DNA of 63,840 nucleotides, filler included, from Octopus bimaculoides (taxonomy: Eukaryota), in NCBI RefSeq assembly GCF_001194135.2. It is 6 parts of 6 records of this genome, joined end to end, with 100 filler letters (N's around TTAATTAATTAA, not from the genome) between each part and the next. Parts side by side here need not be neighbours in the genome. Positions count along the whole stretch, not along the records: positions 1 to 24,988 come from NC_068994.1; 5 more parts are not named here. One strand, given 5' to 3'. How positions within the stretch are numbered: the first letter of the stretch is position 1; every line of letters begins with the position of its first letter. Under the pieces are notes generated by a model. That model saw only the letters and a program-made list of their open reading frames with translations, had not been told where the DNA came from and searched no databases. The translations under genes and the position numbers were made by a program. Positions 1 to 13,618 of the stretch are shown piece after piece.

Positions 1-230
1 GTGTTCTTGTGCCTATGGTTATCTGTGTCTGTGTGTCCGTTCTCCCTGTTATTGTTGTTGTTGTATTCGATTTTTTCTCTGTTATTGTTTTTGTTTCTAT
101 TGCTTGTCCTCATGTGTTCGTTTTTGCTGTTGTTGTTTTTGCTGTTGGTGTTCATGGGGTTGCAGTTGTTTTTGTTGCTACGGCTGTTGTTGCTACGACT
201 GTTACCCATAAACCAATAATAATATGAACA
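1..230. repeat. Degenerate (GTT/TTG)n microsatellite
   Basis: Runs of gttgtt/ttgttg; explains the poly-L and poly-V ORFs at 1-227. Confidence 0.8.
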
Positions 231-317
231 AAGTATAATACAATACATAGATAAACAAATGGAATTAAATACTACATACGTTAACAAAATTTAATTAAAC
301 ACAAAAAAAAACACACA

Positions 318-2270
318 CAGTATGTCTGGCTCCTGTATCACACCAGTTGATACTGCCACTGTTTCTTGCTCATATGGAGCTGCAAATATGCTGACTTCTT
401 CAAGTTGATAATTGTTGCTGCCCTTGTCATCTGTCTCCACTTGCACAGCAACTAACTGCAGATGTCAGTTGCCTCACCACCTGTTTTGCACGATATATGG
501 CCATTCATCTCCCGAAAGTCTAGTACCGGCCTGACTTTGCCCTTTGTTGGCTGCACCATTGCCATTTTTGGTAGCACTCCACTCACCCCCCCTCCTTCCA
601 CGGGAGGACACCCTTCTTAATCCACCTCTCTACTTCTCCTTCAAACTTACTCCTGGCATGTCCCTTCAAGGTATACTGGTAGCACTCAGCCCATTCTTCA
701 ACATCTGAAGCTCCCCTTTTCAGTGCTGCTCTACCATCCACTGCTGACCATCAAACACCACCCAAAAATCTTTGTCCTTAACAGTGAAAGCAGTAGTTCC
801 TTGCAGAGCTCTGCTCCCTCTCATGTTGCAGACTCACAGCACATAACACCCCTGCACCACCAAACAAAACCACATCTTCACCAACACTAATACCACCAAG
901 GCGGTTGATTGCATCCATTCCCATCACCATGTTAATTCTGTCTACCCCATGGTCAATCACAATCGCCCACAGCCTCAGTGTCATGCCTCACACCACTATC
1001 TCCATGTCACTGCTACCCTTACATCCAATCTCGCTGCTATCAACTACCCGAACACTACTTGTCCCTCTTCCATTTCTGTTGTCACCCTTGGGGGTCACGA
1101 GACGTCATACAGTCTGTATCTGCGAGGGCTTTGGATGCCTCTCCCCCAACCAAGACTTCCACTACAGGCAGCAACTGCATGAGCACCACTACTCACTCAT
1201 GGAGGAAGTTTGAGAGGCAGCAACTTTCCTGTGGCCTTTCCCTGGATAGTGATATGCCCAGTCTGTCTGCACCAGTAACAAACAGGTCCAGGTTTCATCT
1301 CTGCGCAGTTCTTCACCATGTGTGGCCCCTAGCACTTAAAGCACTGGCCCATGAATGGTCGCTGTTGCTCCACGGCAACTTTCTCCCCATTCCTTACCAG
1401 TTGCTGTACCACACCATGGGCTTCTGCAGCTGTCATTGCCACTGCCTTTCACCTGGTGTTTTGTGTCGACATGCAGGCTTGAATGATGAGCTTGCTCATC
1501 ACCATTTTCTTGTTACCTGGCAGTTATTGCAGTCACACTGATATATTGTCAGGAAAGCTATTTACAAAGGCCAGTTGTACCACCTTCTCTAGACCCTCTC
1601 CAGTAAAGCTCCAACCTCTACAGCATACTCATCAACTTGTTCCCGTCCACCTGACTGTTCCCAGCTTAGCAAACACGGCATATCCCTTCTATATAAGCTT
1701 CCTTTAAGCGCTGCTCAATCTTAGTTGTGCTTAGTTGGTCTTCTTCGCCCATCTTGAAGTACAGAACCAGCATGCTTCTCTCCAGGTACAGGGACCTGCA
1801 TGAGACCTGCTACATTGCTGATGCCTTGTAGCCTGGTCACTGCTTTGATCTTACAGATCCAGGCCACTACATCTTTGTCATAGAAAGGTCTAACGGCATC
1901 GCTGCATTCACGTGGAAGGGGATAACAACAATGGAGAAATATATTTTTACACAACTGCCGAAATAGTGTGAAGGAACTGTAATGTGGGGAAATAAGAAAT
2001 AATTCGCCTACCTCCTCATTGTTCTGCCATCCAGCTGTTGTCAATCTAAAACTTGCACCCAGCCTGCGCACCTAACAACAGCAGCTACCATTACCCGTCC
2101 CTATCAGCTCACTCACCTCACATTCGTTCATCATGAGCACCCAAGGCATGAGGATGACCCTGATCTTCCTTCCCTCATTTCCTCTCGCCCTTCCTGTTCC
2201 AGTCAAGCCCCTTGACCGTTGACGTCACAGCCCTTTCCTTCCGGTTCATCTCATCCCCACATTTACTACA
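318..2270 (-). mobile_element. Ty3/Gypsy LTR retrotransposon remnant (gag, protease, N-terminal RT; 3' truncated)
   Basis: Minus-strand translation gives a gag-like segment (RPFYDKDVVAWICKIKAVTRLQGI), two zinc-knuckle relics (CFKC*GPHMVKNC near 1343-1305; CYWCRQTGHI near 1280-1250), protease motifs (ALADTD near 1129-1112; MVMGMDAI), and RT motifs (KVRPVLDFREMN near 535-503; NLKKSAYLQL). Many stops and frameshifts. Confidence 0.88.
2036..2270 (-). repeat. Putative 5' LTR of the Gypsy remnant
   Basis: Minus strand begins TGTAGT and ends ACAACA (near-inverted TG..CA termini), followed by gcTGGATGGCAGAAC, which resembles a tRNA-Leu primer-binding site. No second LTR is available to confirm. Confidence 0.4.
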
Positions 2271-2503
2271 ATAAAGAAAAATATGTAATGACCATTACTT
2301 ATGCTTTGTCTTGTATATTACCCTGTGTAAAAATCAGTATAACTAGAGCACTACCATGGATTTACAATATAGAATGGTGATGAATCACAATGTTGGCAGA
2401 GGTAAAGAATGTGCACATTACCTGTTTTTGGCATAACCGTAACCCTAAACCTAACCTAACCTTAATTGAAAACGGGTGGTGTGCGTATTCTTTACCAGTA
2501 TTA

Positions 2504-3929
2504 TTTGATCCTTTCACCTGCACGATTTTCACTAAGAAAAAAAAAAAAAAAAACTCGGATTTTTTGTGTGGAATCAAGTCCCCTGACCTCCTAATATGCT
2601 GCAAACTCCTTATTTTTGTTCAGAAAAAAAGTGGGGGAAACCGGNNNNNNNNNNNNNNNNNNNNNNNNNNNNNNNNNNNNNNNNNNNNNNNNNNNNNNNN
2701 NNNNNNNNNNNNNNNNNNNNNNNNNNNNNNNNNNNNNNNNNNNNNNNNNNNNNNNNNNNNNNNNNNNNNNNNNNNNNNNNNNNNNNNNNNNNNNNNNNNN
2801 NNNNNNNNNNNNNNNNNNNNNNNNNNNNNNNNNNNNNNNGTTTTCGACAGAGTGTGGATTACATTAGATTGAAAATTCAAAGAAGTTTGAAATGAATAAG
2901 TGAAAATGCAGAGGTTATAGAAGTTAGAGTGGTACTGAATTTAGTGGAGAGATAAAGAATGATAAATAATTAATCTAAAAAAAAAAACGCGTTAGTTTGT
3001 GTATGTGTATGAAACAAGTAAAAGTATAATATTAAAACAAAAATATCTTTTTCATACCTCTTAAAATCACTGGATATAATATATATAATAATCTCAAATA
3101 GATTTTCCTTTTGCAATTTTTGGCACTGAAATGCGTTTCATTTTTGTGTGGGGAGAGAGAGTGTGAGTGAGTGAGTTAGTGAAAGAAAGAGAGAGTGAGT
3201 GGGTGAATGAGTAACAACCTATCATAATTATATATGCTATTATACAATATCATCGTTTAACGTCTGCTTTTCATGCTGGCATGGGTTGGACGGTTTGACT
3301 GAGGACTGGCAAGCCAGGAAGCTGCAAAGAGACTGCAGTTTGTTCTGGCAGGGTTTCTACAGCTGGATGCCCTTCCTAACGCCAACCGGCAGTACGTAAA
3401 AAGTACCATCTGAGCGTGATCGATGCTAGTGCCAATCACACTTGAAAAGCACCCACTACACTTTCGGAACAAAAATATGGGGTTTGCAGCATATTAGGTC
3501 ATGGTATTTGATTCCATGAAAAAAATCCGAGTTTTTTTTTTTTCTTAGGGAAAATCGTACGGGTGAAAAGATCAATGGGGGTTGAAATTTCCGAGGCTTC
3601 CACCTCACCCCACCCCGTTTTCAGGACCTAAAAAATTGTTTTGTAGCATATTAGGAGGTCACCAGAATTCATTCAACGAAAAAAAAAACTTTCAATGATT
3701 CCGTGATGTGGGGGGGGGGGGNNNNNNNNNNNNNNNNNNNNNNNNNNNNNNNNNNNNNNNNNNNNNNNNNNNNNNNNNNGGGGGAGTCCTCCCCACACCT
3801 ATTTTTTCCCCGAACAAAAATAAGAAGTTTGCAGCGTATTAAGAGGTCGGGGTACTTTGATTCCACGCAAAAAACCTGAGTTTTCTTTTTTTTTTTCTTA
3901 GTGAAAATCGTGCAGGTGAAAGGATCAAA
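2504..3929. repeat. Unclassified element with ~140-bp inverted arms and internal tandem arm copies
   Basis: 2504-2644 (tttgatcctttcacctgcacgattttcactaag...) is the inverse of 3790-3929 (...cttagtgaaaatcgtgcaggtgaaaggatcaaa). Further diverged right-arm copies lie at ~3478-3580 and ~3620-3700. Confidence 0.65.
3250..3460 (-). mobile_element. SINE with RTE-like tail (family D)
   Basis: Contains tggatgcccttcctaacgccaacc; homologous forward copies ending in (GAT)n at ~10795-10945 and ~55955-56170. Confidence 0.65.
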
Positions 3930-4659
3930 ATTTACCTCTTTAACTTGTTTTGAATTTAGATTAGATCTGAATTAAACGTTGGATTACATGGAATATATTG
4001 AAGTTGTTTCATCGCCGAATTTTCTGTTCAACCTTAAACAACAGTAACAAACGAACAGCAACGGCAAGAGCAAATTACAATACAGAAAAGAAAAATAATT
4101 AAGAGGAAATAACATTGAGGATAAATTAATAATAAACTACCAAATACCTCACAAAATGTGAAGAATTAATATCAGCAAGATTATTTTATTTAATGATCAA
4201 GTTCCTTATATAAAAAAAAACAGATAAGAAAAAAAGACGTTACCAATACACACGAACCTTAATTTATTGGGTGACAACAGTCCGTATGAAGAAAAATGAA
4301 ACAATGAAAGTTTACGGCCTGATAGAGAATTTATTTTATTTCACTCCAAAAAGTGAAGTGATGTATAAACTACAAGATCGCCTAAATAGGTTTATTACTG
4401 TACAGATCTCAGAAGAATGAATGACTTGGCAAAATTTAACCTCACAAAAAGAAAAAAAATTACGATAGAATTTGAATTCAGAACGCAGCAAACGAGACCA
4501 GCTAAATGTCTGGATTTTCTGTGTTTATTCTGCCATCTATACAGTGATTTTACAAACCTCCCTGGATCTATTAAATTCAAATTTGAACCGGGTAACTTAT
4601 ACCTGAGTCTATTACATATTCTTGACAGCAAGTTTCTAATAATTCTTTTTCGGTCCGGT

Positions 4660-4806
4660 CAATTCCATCAACCCCATTTCTCAGTTGATGTTTATTTTAT
4701 TATTCCTGTAGAGATGAAAAGCAGAATTTGAATGTAAAGCTGCAAGAAAGCCACTAAGCATTTTGTCCTGTGTGCTAACGATTCTACCAGCTCGCCGCCT
4801 TGGGAA
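4660..4806 (-). mobile_element. SINE family B fragment
   Basis: Reverse complement of the aaggcggcgagctggtagaatcgttagcac head seen intact at 49152 and 50180. Confidence 0.65.
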
Positions 4807-5572
4807 GGTTGTAATGTTAAAACGTCCATTCCAGAAACAACGAAACACTTGCAACAGATACGAATCCACACACTCGGAGACAGTGGTGCCCTATCACATC
4901 CACTCGGGTTTTTCGTCTCTAGTGTACTTGATAAATGCTATATTTCATTGGAAGCAAATGGGATATTGTCACATTAAAAATGTCACTCAACTGAATTCAG
5001 TGGCCTCAACCGAAACTTCAAACCCTTATTGTATCTCATGCATTTATGGCTGGCATTGACCGACGAAGATTAGTGGTGTTAAAAACAATTGATCCAACTT
5101 CTGACCTTGATAAATGTATCATAATACGTTATGAGACCAAAGCCTAGCGTAAACGATATGCGACAGTTTTATGCAAGACACTCAGGTTAACTTCCCCATT
5201 GGCCACAAGAAGTGAGAGTTCGATATATAACAATTCTTATTGCATCGATTTTGTGATGCCTTAATTTACAACTTAATGTGATGTATTTCCAATTGAGAGC
5301 CAAATTGATTTTAGCAAAACGGTTTTGCCCAAATTTAACCAATATCTACAATTTATTCACACACAAATACACATCTGTCGGAAAGTGGTAAGTTCAATCA
5401 TTGTTTTCAATTGAACCATCGCTATTACCCTACATCACTTTAAGGATTAGGACCCTTTTTTTTTTGTTATTCTAAGCACTGAAGACTAAATTACAAGAGT
5501 CTGGACGTAAAGATGTAATAAGCCTACTAGGGCGAAATAAATTGATGAAATGACGATTTCTACAAAACTTAC

Positions 5573-5800
5573 CTGAGAGGAGAACTGATCAGCTTCCAAA
5601 TTCAACGCTAAATAGTCTTACAAACTCCGAAGAAGAAGAAAAAGCAACGGCGTCGCTGGTTGAAAACTTTACAGTTAAGGACAATGGAACACCAGAAGTG
5701 TAACAAATAGTTGACGGGGCTTTTAACGAAGTTTGGGTTTCAAATGAAATCATATTAAATTAAATCGGGCGTTTTAACTCCATTTTTTTGTTGGCACATT
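5573..5800 (-). promoter_or_regulatory. Candidate first (non-coding) exon / CpG-rich promoter with a consensus splice donor
   Basis: Minus-strand CAG|GTAAGT (plus acttacctg, 5567-5575) ends a non-repetitive, CpG-retaining segment between two CpG-poor domains. No ORF support. Confidence 0.33.
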
Positions 5801-7765
5801 TTTTTCAATTTGGAATTTGTAGGTTTGGATGTGTGTGCGTATAATAAAAATGATTATATATATATTTTTTTTTCTACGGCATTTTGAAATCCCCCCTCCC
5901 CCAGTTTCTTCATTTTTAAAACTTCTTTTCAGAAATTATAAAAAAAAAAATTGCGGAAGAATACGGAGATTATGATTCTGAAAAAAATTGCCAAAAGTTT
6001 TTGTGAAATTTCAATTAAAAAAAGAATTACCTCTCCCCCTCCCCTCGCAGTCTATGGCTACTTTTTTCAGAAATTTTTTTTTTCAAAATATACGGAAAAA
6101 TACGGAGATTGTAATCTTAATCATGATCTCCGTATTNNNNNNNNNNNNNNNNNNNNNNNNNNNNNNNNNNNNNNNNNNNNNNNNNNNNNNNNNNNNNNNN
6201 NNNNNNNNNNNNNNNNNNNNNNNNNNNNNNNNNNNNNNNNNNNNNNNNNNNNNNNNNNNNNNNNNNNNNNNNNNNNNNNNNNNNNNNNNNNNNNNNNNNN
6301 NNNNNNNNNNNNNNNNNNNNNNNNNNNNNNNNNNNNNNNNNNNNNNNNNNNNNNNNNNNNNNNNNNNNNNNNNNNNNNNNNNNNNNNNNNNNNNNNNNNN
6401 NNNNNNNNNNNNNNNNNNNNNNNNNNNNNNNNNNNNNNNNNNNNNNNNNNNNNNNNNNNNNNNNNNNNNNNNNNNNNNNNNNNNNNNNNNNNNNNNNNNN
6501 NNNNNNNNNNNNNNNNNNNNNNNNNNNNNNNNNNNNNNNNNNNNNNNNNNNNNNNNNNNNNNNNNNNNNNNNNNNNNNNNNNNNNNNNNNNNNNNNNNNN
6601 NNNNNNNNNNNNNNNNNNNNNNNNNNNNNNNNNNNNNNNNNNNNNNNNNNNNNNNNNNNNNNNNNNNNNNNNNNNNNNNNNNNNNNNNNNNNNNNNNNNN
6701 NNNNNNNNNNNNNNNNNNNNNNNNNNNNNNNNNNNNNNNNNNNNNNNNNNNNNNNNNNNNNNNNNNNNNNNNNNNNNNNNNNNNNNNNNNNNNNNNNNNN
6801 NNNNNNNNNNNNNNNNNNNNNNNNNNNNNNNNNNNNNNNNNNNNNNNNNNNNNNNNNNNNNNNNNNNNNNNNNNNNNNNNNNNNNNNNNNNNNNNNNNNN
6901 NNNNNNNNNNNNNNNNNNNNNNNNNNNNNNNNNNNNNNNNNNNNNNNNNNNNNNNNNNNNNNNNNNNNNNNNNNNNNNNNNNNNNNNNNNNNNNNNNNNN
7001 NNNNNNNNNNNNNNNNNNNNNNNNNNNNNNNNNNNNNNNNNNNNNNNNNNNNNNNNNTATATATATATCAAATTTACAGAAAACAAAAAACGAAGACCAG
7101 TGAGGGAACAACAAGCAGGTGTATTAATTTGACACTCGGGAAGAATGGAAATATATATATATATATATATGCTTTTAAAAAAATTTTTTAGTCAGTAGAA
7201 AGTTACTCAACAGGAGTTTTATACATAGCATTTTATAACACGTAGTTCTTACTGTTTCTCTTTGTTCTCCCAAACGTGCCTTTATGTACGAATGTATGTA
7301 TCTATGTATGTATAGCTATTATGTCTTTATGAAATTTTAAGCTATTCAAATTAAAATTGCACTAGGATTTTTATTATAGTACTGGCATTTGTGTAAATTT
7401 TGTGAGAGTGTATATGCATTTGTATATAGATATTTGTATGAATGTTGTGCATTAGTTGTAAAACCTTGTCAGTCTATTATAACTATAAGTTTCAGAATGA
7501 TCGAGCAAACCCAACATCTATGTCAGGAAAGATTTATGTGTAACTAAATGGTGTGGTGTAAGACATCGTTTAGTTGAAGCTGTACATGCTTTAAGATTTC
7601 AACCTATGTCTGAACATAGATATTCAACCTATTTGAGCATTTTGAAACTTGCAGTAACAATGGATTGATAATGTTTTTTTTAATCATAAAAGATATATCC
7701 GCTCTAAAGTCATTATATCAAGCACTCAGCACTTTGACATTTGTGACTTGTTTGATCCTCTAATA

Positions 7766-8059
7766 CAGGGGTTTTCAAACTGTGGTCCCTGGACCACAGG
7801 GGGTCCGCAAGGACAAGACAGGGGGTCTGTGGACAGCAAATACTTTTTATGGGCAATTTGATTTTATATATGTTTTTTAATCGAAATTTTTTAATTGACA
7901 ATAAACCTATTTGTTAAATACTGTTAGATAAATAAATGTAAAAATATGTTATTTTAAGTAAATATTTAGTATAAATTTCATAAGCGTTTATAAAGGGGTC
8001 CCTAAGGTAAAACCTGAAATATAATGGGGTCCGCAAGTCAAAAAGTTTGAAAACCCCTG
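7766..8059. mobile_element. hAT (Charlie-like) MITE, 294 bp
   Basis: Perfect TIRs CAGGGGTTTTCAAACT/AGTTTGAAAACCCCTG and exact 8-bp TSD CTCTAATA (7758-7765 and 8060-8067). Confidence 0.92.
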
Positions 8060-8902
8060 CTCTAATATACATAACGGTGATGTGGATGATAAGTATGATG
8101 ATGATGACTGATGATTACGATAATGGATTCACTTGATAATGTCACATGTGGGTCCAGCCATCCAATCAATTCCCAAATTCTTATATCTATGGTGAAACAT
8201 CAAACCATCTTTAGATCTGCAAAGTTACATGATCAGATCAAACTGGTGACAAACCAAATTCAAATTTTTGCTTTTACCTTTGTTTTATGACAGTTAATCT
8301 TTCCTTACCTTATGCTCTTAACTCCTTGGTGGTGTTACAGGAATGCTGTGTAACATGCAGTGCATTTTGAGTATTTACAGACCTAGTGAAGCCAATCTCT
8401 CTTCAGGCTTGACCACTGCCAATTTCTTCCAGAAGAGAGAAAGATAAACAGACAGAAATTAGACAAACAGAAGAATGGACCCCATGGAACTGGAACAGAC
8501 AGGACTGGACTGGTATTTTATTTATCATCCCCAAAAGAATGAAAGGCAAAGTTGACATCATAAGATTTGAACTCAAAGCAAAGAGAGCTGGAATGATTAC
8601 TGCTAAACAATCTATCCAATGCTTTAAGAATTCTGTCAATTGGCTTGGCTTATCTAGCCAGCCTTAAAGACTCAGATCCAAATGTAGATATCATATGCCA
8701 CAATATTCATCACGTCCATAAATTTTTTAAGATCTGTTTTTGTTTTTTTTTTTTGATTGCATCAACCAAATTGGTCAACTTTAAATGAATTACCTTCCAT
8801 AGACATATGTACCCTTAATATGATTGTTACATAGTATTGTTCAACATGTCCATTAATATTGGTTTCAAATTTATGTACACAGGATTTTATATATCTCCTG
8901 CT

Positions 8903-10263
<1,361 letters not shown>

Positions 10264-10794
10264 TATATATATAAAATATATAAAAATCCTTTGTACATGC
10301 CATTGAAAAAGCCCAAGAAGGCCAAAATGTATCTGGCATCCTCACTAGATGCTTCTGTGATGAATTTTCATCTCCCTCTGATATTTATTGTATTTTAAAC
10401 ACACTATGTACATAAAAGATGTTATCTCAGGAAAATAATGAAGTAAGTGACTTATCAACAGTGTGTAGAGACTAAGTATGATACATAGATGGCTATTTTA
10501 ATTAAATACTGCTTCAGTTGCATATATTGGATTTTTAATCAGCTGGGTGGCTGTTTGCAACATCAGTAAATGTTTTATTCACCGTTTCTTATATCAAAAA
10601 TCATGAATTCTCATCCAAGTACATGACTGGCTGCAAGTATGTACCATTGAAAAAGGCTCAAAGGTATTTGGTGTTCTTACTAGGCACTGTTAGGATGAAT
10701 TGTCATCTAACCTCTTATATTTATTGTTTTTAGCACAGTAAGTCTATAAGAGATGTTATTCCAGGACAAATACTGAAGTAACTGGCTTATTAAC

Positions 10795-10945
10795 CTCATA
10801 GTGCCAGTGAAATGAAAAAAAGCACTTAGTACATGCTGTAAAGTGGTTGGCATTAGGAAGGACATCCAGCCATAGAAACAATGCCAAAACAGGCACTGGA
10901 GTACAATACAATCCTTGGACTCATTGGAACATAGACATTAAAGAT
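10795..10945 (+). mobile_element. SINE family D fragment
   Basis: gtggttggcattaggaaggacatccagcc core and (GAT)n tail. Confidence 0.6.
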
Positions 10946-11182
10946 GATGATGATGATTATATGTGTGTGTGTGTGTGTGTATAAACATTTAATCAATAAT
11001 TGCTAGTCCAACAACATATATTTTGTTTTGCCTATGACATTTTGGGAACTCTTGAATGGTTATTAACTAATTATTATGGATTAAATATTTATTCAGGCTT
11101 ATTTTTGAGTTCTTTATTTTAAGTTGCTGGACATAATTTCTTTGACTTGTCACCCTCTTGCTTATCTGTTTGTTCATTAGAT

Positions 11183-11218
<36 letters not shown>

Positions 11219-11372
11219 ATAATTTTGCAAAAATTTCCAAATATTATATTTACTTGCATATAGCAATGTTGAAATAAAGAATCTGCAGAGATCATGATGC
11301 AAGCCTTCAATTTTCTAATTTTCTTCTTATAAGAATATAATATCTGAAATATCAAGAGTAATTCCACATTAT

Positions 11373-11737
11373 AGGTGCAGGCATAACTATATGGTTAAGA
11401 AGCTTACTTTGCAATCAGGTGATTTCAAGTTCAGTCCCAAAGTGCAACACCATGGGCCAGTATCTTCTAGTATAGCCCTGGGTCAACCAATGCCTTGTAA
11501 GTGAATTTGGTTCAATGGAAATTGTGTGGAGGTCCATCCTGTGTGTGTGTGTGTTTCTATTCATTCTTGTATCCCCCCTCCACTACTTGACAACTGGTGC
11601 TCATTTGTTTACATTATTGTGACATAGTGGTTCAGAAAAAGAGACCAATAAAATAAGTACTAATGTTGATTTGCTTGACTAAACCCTTCCAGGTGCTACC
11701 CCAACATGGCTGCAGTCCAATGATTGAAAAGATTAAA
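11373..11737 (+). mobile_element. tRNA-derived SINE family A, CpG-decayed
   Basis: A/B-box-like head (tatatggttaaga...ttcaagttcagtcc), internal (TG)n and shared tail; homologous to 26678-27180 and 43068-43920. Confidence 0.75.
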
Positions 11738-11829
11738 GTGGGCATTATAGGGTTATCTTACACAAAACATGACTTATAGGTGTTACGAGCAACTATGAAT
11801 CCTAAAGGGACTAACACATTGATGGATCA

Positions 11830-12169
11830 TTATCTTTTATCTCTTACTTGTTTCAGTCATTAGACTGTGGCCATGCTGGGGCACCACCTTGAAGGATTTT
11901 GTTGAACACATCAACTCCAGTACTTATTTTTAAATCTGATACTTATTGCTGAACACAAAGTTATGCAAACATACACAAACCATATTGGTTGTCAAGTGGT
12001 TGTAAGGGACAAACACAACACACACACATATAATCAATGACTTTATTCAGTTTCCATCTACCAAGACCGCTCAAAGGCTTTGGTTAGCCTTGCCCAAGGT
12101 GCCATGCAGTGGGAGACTAAACCTAGAACCATGTGTTTGGGAAGTGAACTTCTTACCACACAGCCACTA
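11830..12169 (-). mobile_element. SINE family A
   Basis: Reverse complement of the family A head and tail with internal (CA)n. Confidence 0.75.
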
Positions 12170-12177
12170 GGTTTTAA

Positions 12178-12890
12178 GGATCTAGTTCAAAACGGGGGCG
12201 CCAGTATTTTCTTAACGAAACACTTTGAAACTTGGGACACTGGTAGAATGTGTCATATAAAACATCTTTTTCTCTTAGTCTTCTTATGAAAAATTATTAT
12301 ATTGCAACTTATTTCATGTTAAAGTTGTCGTATTTCTGTAATTTCAACCAATGACTGACGTCCATTCAGCCGAATACAGTAAGTGCTGACTACGTAAACA
12401 AACGATTCTGGTGGTGATAAAATTATTATTTCCTTGTCAAAAAATGGTTGAAGCATATTGGCAGTAGCTAATAAACCTTTCTATTATAGGCACAAGGCCT
12501 GGTTTTTGAGGGAAGGGTTAGGGTTAGGGCAAATGTTGTACACATACAGTTCAGGCAGATGTTAACGAAATTATATTAAAAATAAAACGAAGGAAAACGA
12601 ACACACGTGTGTTGCCTCTCTGCAAAATGTCAGAAGTAATGGAGATTAAATACGCTTTACACCACTTAAACAGCCAAAGGAGTAACTGTAAACAGCTGAA
12701 TACTTGTCAGTGATTGGTTGAAATTATCGAAATAAGACAATTTTTTACATGAAATAACTTCGAATACAAAAATTTTTTTCTGTTCTATAACACAAAATAG
12801 ATAAGTATACGAAGTTTGAAAGTCTTTCGGTACCAAAAACACTACATAAAACATAAATGAAAACTGGTGCCCCCGTTTTGAACTAGATCC
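12178..12890. mobile_element. Non-autonomous DNA transposon with GG termini and 8-bp TSD (Merlin-like), 713 bp
   Basis: 28-bp TIR GGATCTAGTTCAAAACGGGGGC(G/A)CCAGT with one mismatch; exact TSD GGTTTTAA (12170-12177 and 12891-12898); internal inverted repeat ~12307-12382 versus ~12683-12759. Superfamily assignment is inference. Confidence 0.85.
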
Positions 12891-13312
12891 GGTTTTAATA
12901 ATAAGTATTCCTGTTATTCAGTTGGCTGAAATACCTCCTCATTGTATTACAGTGTTAATAGTTGAGTATTTCTCAGGCACTTTGTATCTTTCCAAAACTG
13001 AAAACAGTGTGGAGTGACAAATCTGTAGTGTCTCTAAATTATAGATACAGAGTTGTCAGACTGACTTCCATACAGTTTCTACCAACCAAATATCCCTTAC
13101 AAGGAAGCCAAGATCTGAGATTTATGATGATGCTGTGCAGTGGGATATAAATATTATAAACCAACTTCATAAGATGCAATCATGTTTGTGGTTAGAGTTG
13201 TCCTAACCAAGCTGGCCTATAATCAAAGGAGTTCCATTAGTGACCATCCTGTTTCATTTTCAAGGCATAGTGTATTGAAAACTACCTTATCCAATGTATT
13301 CTACTTTGTTAA

Positions 13313-13519
13313 ATCTTTTAATGATTGTAGTTCTGTTGAAATACACATTTGTTTCTATTGATTTGAAAACAATGAAGAAATTAGTAAATTAACTTTGTCA
13401 TTATTTTTAAGCTGGTGTTTAGAACATTAATCAACATGAAATTTTAATTTAGATCACTTTGAAACAGGAAGTTTGTACAGTATAACATGAGTGATCTCAG
13501 GTGGGTTGGTATCAAGGGC
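13313..13519. mobile_element. piggyBac-like MITE, decayed
   Basis: Bounded by TTAA (13309-13312 and 13520-13523) with a right end ...atcaagggc; related inverted sequence at ~42825-42965. Confidence 0.45.
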
Positions 13520-13618
13520 TTAAAATTGTACAATGTGATTTGAGGGAAGTTTGGCTGCTATTTCTAGATATAATAGTACTGTGTGGGTTAGTTAGTGAGC
13601 CTCACCCCACCCATCCAC

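Noticed and set aside
5951-7132. Long ORFs spanning N runs (also near 14.6, 25.6, 32.4, 38.0, 43.2, 46.0 and 51.6 kb)
   Set aside because: Open only because N codons are not stops; flanks are (TA)n or (TG)n.
8310-8430. Minus-strand exon-like segment with AG|GTAAGG donor
   Set aside because: Stops in all three frames; cannot be supported as coding and a non-coding exon cannot be shown from sequence alone.
12518-12529. TTAGGG x2 as an interstitial telomere
   Set aside because: Only two units, inside a transposon.
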